Below are positions 46,616 to 52,843 of a stretch of DNA of 52,843 bases, one piece after another. Where the stretch lies: positions 1-52,843 of the IMG/VR virus record IMGVR_UViG_3300050166_000172, one strand, 5' to 3'. Below the pieces are notes generated by a model. It had not been told where the DNA came from. It made no database searches and worked only from the letters and a program-made list of their open reading frames with translations. Position numbers and translations under genes: made by a program. Position 1 is the stretch's first letter. Every line of letters begins with the position of its first letter. The stretch comes from a virus. Lineage: Duplodnaviria > Caudoviricetes.

Positions 46616-48226
46616 ATGAGCTTATTAAATGAATTAATCGCAAAAGTATCTGCATTAACATCTACTGTTAATCAATTAACTACGAATTCTAAGGCCATAC
46701 AAGAATTGCCAGCTCAAGAAACTTTAAATCTAGATTCACTTATTCATGTTTCTAAAGATAATACTTCAAAAAAAATTACTGTTCAGCAAATTATTAATGC
46801 AGCAATAAGCAATCAGAACGATCAAATTATATCAATTGGAACCATTACATTATCTGGTAATGATTTAAAAATTTCAGATATTTCTGCAAAAATTAATAAT
46901 GTAATTCAATCCATTTCTTTACCAACTATTGTAAACATACCTTTTTGTGCAAGTGGCTTAAAAAGAATTGATTTACTTGTTTATAATACAAGTAATGAAA
47001 TTACAAGAATTGCAGGAACAGAAACCTCAGGAGCTATTGTTATAGCTCCTACTCTACCTATAAATTCTTTGTTAATTACTCAAATTTCAGTTACAGATTC
47101 AGTAATAAGCGAACCGCAACCACCTATTTTAGGTACCAACTTCCTTCAAAAAGAATTCGAAAAGGCTCAACTGGTTAATGCTACAGGTTCTAATGTTGTT
47201 ATTGCTTTAAACATAAAAGGGCGAAACAACATCATTCTTAATGGTGCATTGACTGGAGTAATTGGTTTTTCTCTTACAAATTTAGAGTTAAATCCAACTT
47301 ATGCAGAATACCCACACGAAGGAAAAGATTACTTTATACAAAACAAAACAGGGCATTCTGTAACGCTTAAAAACGGTGATGAAACTGTAGATATAGGTTT
47401 CCTTTCAAAAGACGGAAACGATATTTTGTTACCAAATAATGGAATTGTATTTTTTAAAAAATCTTTAAATATTTTACAAGAAATTTTTAGAAGTTTCCAA
47501 ACCCTTCAATCTGTTACAGATGAAGGAAATACTACAACAAACTCAATAACGGTTCCACAAATTGATTTATTGGAACCTGAAGGAACTTATAGTAGTACAA
47601 TTAAGTCTCAAGCCCTAAGTGAGGACCGTGAGCTATTAGCACCTGATGAAAGCGGATACATTGCAACTCAAGATTATGTTTTTCAACAATTATTTGATGG
47701 ACTTGAAACAAAGCAAAATAAATTGTTCTCTTTACAAAAGGCAAATGGAATAGTATCTGTAACTGGAACACTTTCAGAAACACAAGTTTTTAAAGAAAGT
47801 TTTAGAATGCAAGATAATTTTGGTGTTAATTCATACGGATTAGGTTTTTTTTTAAATATTTATTCTCTTTTTTCAAAAATAGGTTCTTCTTCGGGATATA
47901 CTATCAGAGTAAAATTGTCAACATTGTCAACAATGCCATCTGGTGCAACAGACCAAATTGCAGTTTTTAATGGAACATCTACTAATTTATATGCACAATT
48001 AATTAGAAACTTTTCAATAATACGACCTGTAAGTTTAGGAAATATGCAAATTCACGGGTTTCCATTTACAACATCTTCAATAAATGATTTTGCAGTTGGA
48101 AGTTCTGTAACTACATCAAGAGATATTCTTTATGGTGATATTTACTATTTATATGTATCTGTTCAATTAACAACAAGTACTGCTGACACATTGAACTTCA
48201 TCTCATTAAAAGCATCAAACGTTTAA
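46616..48226 (+). CDS. Putative tail fibre / receptor-binding protein
   Basis: TLQSVTDEGNTTTN linker, Ser/Thr beta-rich C-terminus, position before lysis genes. Confidence 0.65.
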   Translation: MSLLNELIAKVSALTSTVNQLTTNSKAIQELPAQETLNLDSLIHVSKDNTSKKITVQQIINAAISNQNDQIISIGTITLSGNDLKISDISAKINNVIQSISLPTIVNIPFCASGLKRIDLLVYNTSNEITRIAGTETSGAIVIAPTLPINSLLITQISVTDSVISEPQPPILGTNFLQKEFEKAQLVNATGSNVVIALNIKGRNNIILNGALTGVIGFSLTNLELNPTYAEYPHEGKDYFIQNKTGHSVTLKNGDETVDIGFLSKDGNDILLPNNGIVFFKKSLNILQEIFRSFQTLQSVTDEGNTTTNSITVPQIDLLEPEGTYSSTIKSQALSEDRELLAPDESGYIATQDYVFQQLFDGLETKQNKLFSLQKANGIVSVTGTLSETQVFKESFRMQDNFGVNSYGLGFFLNIYSLFSKIGSSSGYTIRVKLSTLSTMPSGATDQIAVFNGTSTNLYAQLIRNFSIIRPVSLGNMQIHGFPFTTSSINDFAVGSSVTTSRDILYGDIYYLYVSVQLTTSTADTLNFISLKASNV

Positions 48227-48236
48227 AAATATAATT

Positions 48237-48497
48237 ATGTTAAAAAAAATTGTAGAAAAAGATACTGCTCAAGAAATGAAATTACAATCTGAAGAAATAA
48301 TTTTAGATAAAAAAGTTCAATTAAGAACAATTATTCATAAAAAAACGGGGCAAGAAATTCGTGCGCAATTTGATGAGATAATTTCAGATGAAGAAATGAT
48401 AATTGACGCATTAAGAACTGAAGTAATGGAAAATCCTCATTGGGATTTTGAAAAGCAAGTTTTTTATGATAAACCATTTGAAATAATTACTCAATAA
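48237..48497 (+). CDS. Hypothetical protein (possible fibre chaperone)
   Basis: Small gene after fibre; P.WDF..FY. Confidence 0.5.
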   Translation: MLKKIVEKDTAQEMKLQSEEIILDKKVQLRTIIHKKTGQEIRAQFDEIISDEEMIIDALRTEVMENPHWDFEKQVFYDKPFEIITQ

Positions 48498-48508
48498 AAA
48501 AATATGCT

Positions 48509-49075
48509 ATGCTAAAAAATATATACTATACAATTTTATTATTTGGTTGCGGAACTAAAGTTCCTTCAAAATTAAAATTCTTAAATATTCATCAATCTAA
48601 TTATGAGTTAGATTTTTTTGAAAAAGCACAATATTTATTTAAACTTATTTTAACTTTTACTCCAATAGCTTACGTTTTAAACGCATTCAATGCATGGTTT
48701 CCTGATAATAAAATGTTCTTTCAGGTTTTAGTTTGGACCATAATAGTAAATATTGCAGCTGGTAGTAAAGTACATTGGTCTAACAATACCTTCAAAATAA
48801 AAATTTTGCTTATAAAAAATATTGAAATGTGCGTTATAATTTTGCTTACTTATCCAATATTAGAAGGTATTAATAGTTTAACTGGTGATAATATGGTAGG
48901 TAATATTTTTCAATGGGGAATTCAAATAGGAACCATTCTTTATCCAGGATCCAAAGCAATAAAAAATATTCATATATGGTCTGAAGGAAAATACCCGCCA
49001 AAATTCATCATGGAAAAAATATATAAGTTTGAAAAAGATGGAAATGTAAATGATTTGTTAAATAGAAAAGAGTAA
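48509..49075 (+). CDS. Putative holin
   Basis: Multiple TM segments upstream of endolysin. Confidence 0.65.
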   Translation: MLKNIYYTILLFGCGTKVPSKLKFLNIHQSNYELDFFEKAQYLFKLILTFTPIAYVLNAFNAWFPDNKMFFQVLVWTIIVNIAAGSKVHWSNNTFKIKILLIKNIEMCVIILLTYPILEGINSLTGDNMVGNIFQWGIQIGTILYPGSKAIKNIHIWSEGKYPPKFIMEKIYKFEKDGNVNDLLNRKE

Positions 49076-49077
49076 TT

Positions 49078-49578
49078 ATGGATCAAATTTCTTTAATCCG
49101 AATAAAAACGGCTCACCCAGAATATAGAGATGAGCTTGGTGCTTTATATAATAAGGCAAATAACGTCTTAGGCAAAAATGTAAGACTTCGCTTGGCTTAT
49201 GTTTACCGTACTCCTGAAGAACAACACAGGCTTTTTTTACAACGCCCTAAAGTCACAAAAGCGGACAGATGGCAAAGCATTCACAACTACGGCTTGGCGT
49301 TTGATATTGTTTTGCTTATTGACAAAGACGATAACGGAACATTTGAAACCGCTACATGGGACACGATTAAAGACTTCGACGGTGATAAAATTGCCGACTG
49401 GATGGAAGTGGTAAAAGTTTTTAAAGCAGCTGGCTGGGAATGGGGCGGTGATTGGAAAAAATTTCCTGACGCACCGCATTTTCAAAAAACTAATGGTTTC
49501 GATTGGAAAGTATTAAAACAAAGAATTGATAAAGGAATTACCATAATAGATAACGGAATTACTTACCCTAAAATTTAA
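49078..49578 (+). CDS. Endolysin, peptidase M15 family (L-Ala-D-Glu type)
   Basis: RT.EEQ..L, SIHNYGLAFD, WGGDW..D.PHFQ. Confidence 0.92.
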   Translation: MDQISLIRIKTAHPEYRDELGALYNKANNVLGKNVRLRLAYVYRTPEEQHRLFLQRPKVTKADRWQSIHNYGLAFDIVLLIDKDDNGTFETATWDTIKDFDGDKIADWMEVVKVFKAAGWEWGGDWKKFPDAPHFQKTNGFDWKVLKQRIDKGITIIDNGITYPKI

Positions 49579-49581
49579 TTT

Positions 49582-50238
49582 ATGTCAATAAATATATTTG
49601 ATTCTAGAATTAAAAAATCCTTCCTATACCTAGGATGGGTTTTGTTTTTCTTTTGCTTATGGTTAAAAGGATGTAGTTCTGAAACTTCTAAACACGAGTT
49701 TAGTAAACCAATTAAAAAAACATTTGAAAGAGTGGTTCCATTGCAAAAAGAAATTCCTCATTTTGCCAATAAAAAACAATTGACAAATTTTGTCAAATTA
49801 AATTCAGATAAAAAGTATATCAATGAATTAGAAGATAAATTATTTAAGATTCAATATGAAAATGATAGTATTAAAAATAATTTCATATCGTTACCAGATA
49901 CCATAAAAGTAATTGAATACAATAAATCTATTCAATTAAAACTTTTTGAAAAAACCTTTGAAGATAATTATTTTATTGGTCAAGTTAATGGAGTTATCCA
50001 GGGCGATGTAAAAGATTTAGGTTTTAGTTACGAAATCAAAAAACAGCCTATGCCAATAACAAAATTCAGGCTTATTGCTGGTGTAGGGATAGCAAACACA
50101 ATAAACTTAGATAAACTATTGTTTAATACAAATTTAGGCTTTCAAAATGCAAAAGGAAATGTATTAAGAGTTGGTTACGATTCTGAAAGTAGAATTTTGG
50201 TGGGATATGATTTCACAATATTTAAGATTAGCAGATAG
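49582..50238 (+). CDS. Putative spanin-like membrane-anchored protein
   Basis: N-terminal TM, coiled coil, C-terminal beta strands; follows endolysin. Confidence 0.5.
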   Translation: MSINIFDSRIKKSFLYLGWVLFFFCLWLKGCSSETSKHEFSKPIKKTFERVVPLQKEIPHFANKKQLTNFVKLNSDKKYINELEDKLFKIQYENDSIKNNFISLPDTIKVIEYNKSIQLKLFEKTFEDNYFIGQVNGVIQGDVKDLGFSYEIKKQPMPITKFRLIAGVGIANTINLDKLLFNTNLGFQNAKGNVLRVGYDSESRILVGYDFTIFKISR

Positions 50239-50400
50239 GTTAATTTATAATCAATATAAATAATGTTGTTAATATGATTTTTTATTTATAAAAATTATAC
50301 AATTAAAATACTTATATATACATTTGTCAAATAATTAATACTATATAGATGGTTGCAGGTCTATCTGCAAAAAAACACACAAACATAAAGAACTCACATA

Positions 50401-50436
50401 AAGAGCCATTCCGATAAGTAATGGCTCTTATTTTTT
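50401..50436 (+). terminator. Terminator-like hairpin in leader of moron gene
   Basis: AAGAGCCATT-N9-AATGGCTCTT then ATTTTTT, 11 nt before ATG. Confidence 0.65.
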
Positions 50437-50447
50437 AATATTATTTT

Positions 50448-51239
50448 ATGGCAAAAAATTTTAACTCTGAATTATTTAATTTTGCATTCATACCAAATTA
50501 TGATAAAGTAATATCTGATTTAGCTGATAATTTAGCTCAAAAAGAAGAGTGGGATTTTTTAGACATGCAAAGTAAAAATAATAGTATTCTAAAAAATTAT
50601 CTCGAATTTACTTTCAGAAAATTAGCTCAGGAAAAAAAAATTTGTTTTACAACTGGTAATAAGCACGCTTGTTTTAATACAGGTTTAGTTACTGAAAATT
50701 ATGAAGATATTTTTGCTTTATTTGAAGAATATAAAAATCCTAAAAAAGGTAATAGTTGTCCATTTTTCTTTAAAGGCTTTGTAAAAAAAAGTGATAATAC
50801 TTTCTTGAAATTCTTTTCTAGTAATTTACCTGATGTCACTGATTTTTTTGAAAAACCAGAATTACTGATTTTTAATCCTAAATGTGATTTAATTCCTGAT
50901 TTAGATCATATTATTGGTGATAATTTAAGTAGGTTTCCCGCTCATCTTCAGGTTGCAGATGATGCTGAATTAAGAAGGCAATTAGTAGGAGCTATTGACG
51001 AAGTAAAGAAAAAAGTTAGATCTAACTATAAAATAGCTGTTCCTCAGTTTTACGATGGTAGAATTCAATTATTGTTACCATTATGTTTAACATCTGGTTC
51101 TCCAAATCCTGATTTGGCTTTAGTGACTCATAAATTAAATGAAAATACATATACGGCTAGAACTTGTTTGACATTAAAAATGGCGTATACAAATGCTAGA
51201 TTAATTGTAAAGCCACAAAGTAATTGGCTTAAGCCATAA
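50448..51239 (+). CDS. DUF3825-like protein (moron)
   Basis: LA..E.W, IL.NYL..TF, FNTGL, AVPQFY...IQLLLPLCL, T.L....AY.NARL, WL. Confidence 0.75.
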   Translation: MAKNFNSELFNFAFIPNYDKVISDLADNLAQKEEWDFLDMQSKNNSILKNYLEFTFRKLAQEKKICFTTGNKHACFNTGLVTENYEDIFALFEEYKNPKKGNSCPFFFKGFVKKSDNTFLKFFSSNLPDVTDFFEKPELLIFNPKCDLIPDLDHIIGDNLSRFPAHLQVADDAELRRQLVGAIDEVKKKVRSNYKIAVPQFYDGRIQLLLPLCLTSGSPNPDLALVTHKLNENTYTARTCLTLKMAYTNARLIVKPQSNWLKP

Positions 51240-51311
51240 ATATAAAAAACTGTCCTATTTATTTAAAACTCTTGAATTTATCTTTGTTTCTTAATTTAAA
51301 AATATAGTATT

Positions 51312-51569
51312 ATGTTAAGAAAATCAGAAATGAAAACCGAAATTGATTCTTTGTTAAGAATGCAAAGTTATTGGATCAAAAACAATTCCTTAAATTTTAT
51401 CGATATAATTAAAAGGAAGCGGCAATTAACTAAAAAGCAAAGCTATACTTTGCTTAAAGTAAAAAAGTCAATTGAAGAAATTAAAATTGATAACTGGCAA
51501 ACACATTTGAATTTTAAAGCTATTTGTGAAATTAAAAATCATTTGCTAGAAATTAGAATGGTTTTTTAA
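51312..51569 (+). CDS. Hypothetical protein
   Basis: Basic ORF preceded by TATCTTTG -7-like element. Confidence 0.5.
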   Translation: MLRKSEMKTEIDSLLRMQSYWIKNNSLNFIDIIKRKRQLTKKQSYTLLKVKKSIEEIKIDNWQTHLNFKAICEIKNHLLEIRMVF

Positions 51570-51571
51570 TT

Positions 51572-51599
51572 AAAGAGGGGTTTTTACCCTCTTTTTTTT
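51572..51599. terminator. Terminator between moron genes and integrase
   Basis: AAAGAGGG / CCCTCTTT with T run. Confidence 0.75.
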
Positions 51600-51682
51600 C
51601 GTATCCAGGTATAGACAAATATTCCAATTACCCAAAAAACAACTAATGCAATGATTTCGAATGGTTTCATAAATTATAAATT

Positions 51683-52843
51683 TTAAAGTGCTGGTGAATT
51701 TTCTAAAATATTTTTTCTGTGGACTTCTTTCACAACTTTAGCATATTTTTCAGTCATTAATTTAGAAGTATGGCCATAAAGTTCACGTAAACTATCTAAC
51801 TCTAAACCTGCTAAAATTTTTCTGTTAGCTCCTAAGTGTTTCATAGCATATAAATTCATTTGAATTCCTAAGCCTTTTTTAACTAAATTTTCCCATCTAC
51901 GAGTTGCAGTGTCGCGATTCATTTTAGTTGGTCCTGGAATAAAATCATTAAATTTTCCAACATTACCTTTTCCAGGATCTCTAAAACTACCAAATAAATA
52001 AAAATTTTTTGGAAGTATTTCAAAATCTAATTTATAAAAATACTCTTTTAAATGATTATTTATCGGCACTATCCTTTTTTTGTTCGTTTTTGTAATTGAT
52101 GCAGGAAGAACAATTTCTGAATTTTGTAAATCAATCATATCTAAAGTTAATTTTGTAATTTCTTCTGGACGAATTCCTGTGTGAAAAATTGTTAAGCAAA
52201 AAACCCAAAAATTAAAATGTTTACCTTCTAAAGCATTTTTTATAATTTCTATATCTTCAATTGATGCTGGAGCATTAGCATCGCTTTCAGTAACTGGCAA
52301 ATTTTTAACGTTATGCGCTGGATTAGTTTCTATTATATCCCATTGAATAAGCTCACTTAAAATGGCCTTTAAATGATTAAGGTGTTTGTTGTATGCATTA
52401 TTAGACCAATTTCGCTGCTCCTTAGCTTTTTCAATAATTAGTTTTATATGTATTCTTTTTACTTCAATTATTGGAAGTTGTACAAAATTAAGTGATTTAA
52501 TAGATTCTTTTACAAATTTAATTGTTCCGTTATAACCAGATATGGTTTTCGGACTTAAATTTGCTTTCTTTTTATCCATTGCAAAAAACAAAGCTTCAAT
52601 CAATGATAAATCACTTTGTTTTTGAATTACTTCAGGAACTAATGGATTCCATCCTTCTTTTAATTTTTGATGCAAAGCCTCTTTAAGTAAATTAGCTTCT
52701 TTTTCACGTTTTTTGTAATCATCAATGTAATTTATTCCATATTTAAAACGGAATAGTTTTTTGTCATATCTAAAATAGACAAACCATGATTTTTTTAGGT
52801 CATCATATTTGACAACCTTGGGGATAGTGTAGATTGATTTCAT
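51683..52843 (-). CDS. int: Prophage tyrosine integrase
   Basis: HTGIRPEE (R), TKT (K), YAMKH, LYGHTS..MTEKY. Confidence 0.9.
   Translation of the reverse strand: MKSIYTIPKVVKYDDLKKSWFVYFRYDKKLFRFKYGINYIDDYKKREKEANLLKEALHQKLKEGWNPLVPEVIQKQSDLSLIEALFFAMDKKKANLSPKTISGYNGTIKFVKESIKSLNFVQLPIIEVKRIHIKLIIEKAKEQRNWSNNAYNKHLNHLKAILSELIQWDIIETNPAHNVKNLPVTESDANAPASIEDIEIIKNALEGKHFNFWVFCLTIFHTGIRPEEITKLTLDMIDLQNSEIVLPASITKTNKKRIVPINNHLKEYFYKLDFEILPKNFYLFGSFRDPGKGNVGKFNDFIPGPTKMNRDTATRRWENLVKKGLGIQMNLYAMKHLGANRKILAGLELDSLRELYGHTSKLMTEKYAKVVKEVHRKNILENSPAL

Larger units (their letters stand above)
1507..52843. mobile_element. Temperate siphovirus-like prophage (~51 kb+, right att outside window)
   Basis: Ordered modules: repressor, recombination/replication, terminase, portal, capsid, tail/tape measure, holin-endolysin, integrase; no sheath gene seen. 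Confidence 0.93.

Noticed and set aside
47882-47895. GGTTCTTCTTCGGG in the tail fibre gene resembling the VR 5' end (possible third DGR target)
   Set aside because: Only 13/14 nt match, the mismatch is at a non-adenine TR position, and similarity stops immediately.

Overview
AT-rich window from a Bacteroidota host, most likely Flavobacterium-like, judged from TAnnTTTG promoters, lack of Shine-Dalgarno sites and a Flavobacteriia-type DnaN. Almost all of it (~1507 to beyond 52843) is one apparently near-complete siphovirus-like prophage. Its modules run: immunity region (cI/cro), early recombination and replication genes, many small ORFs, methyltransferase, terminase/portal/head, non-contractile tail, lysis, morons and a tyrosine integrase at the right edge. 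The left boundary is a 17-bp tRNA-Ser 3' fragment (likely att), and beyond it lies the integrase of a second element. The standout feature is a diversity-generating retroelement (DGR) in the early operon. It has an RT (10126-11088), an 81-bp template repeat (9945-10025) and two variable repeats (9370-9450, 9757-9837) whose 27 mismatches to the TR all fall on TR adenines. The targets are two small paralogous non-structural proteins, not a tail fibre. There is no recognisable Avd, but a small beta-rich gene overlaps the RT end. Other notable items: an AcrIIA9/PcfK homolog, a nonsense-interrupted PcfJ, a phage beta-clamp with several clamp-motif proteins, an attC-like cassette, a tRNA-like element with an aberrant anticodon arm, a Fur-box-like palindrome at cI, and a DUF3825-like moron behind a terminator-containing leader. 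Family assignments come from motif recognition and memory, not database searches.
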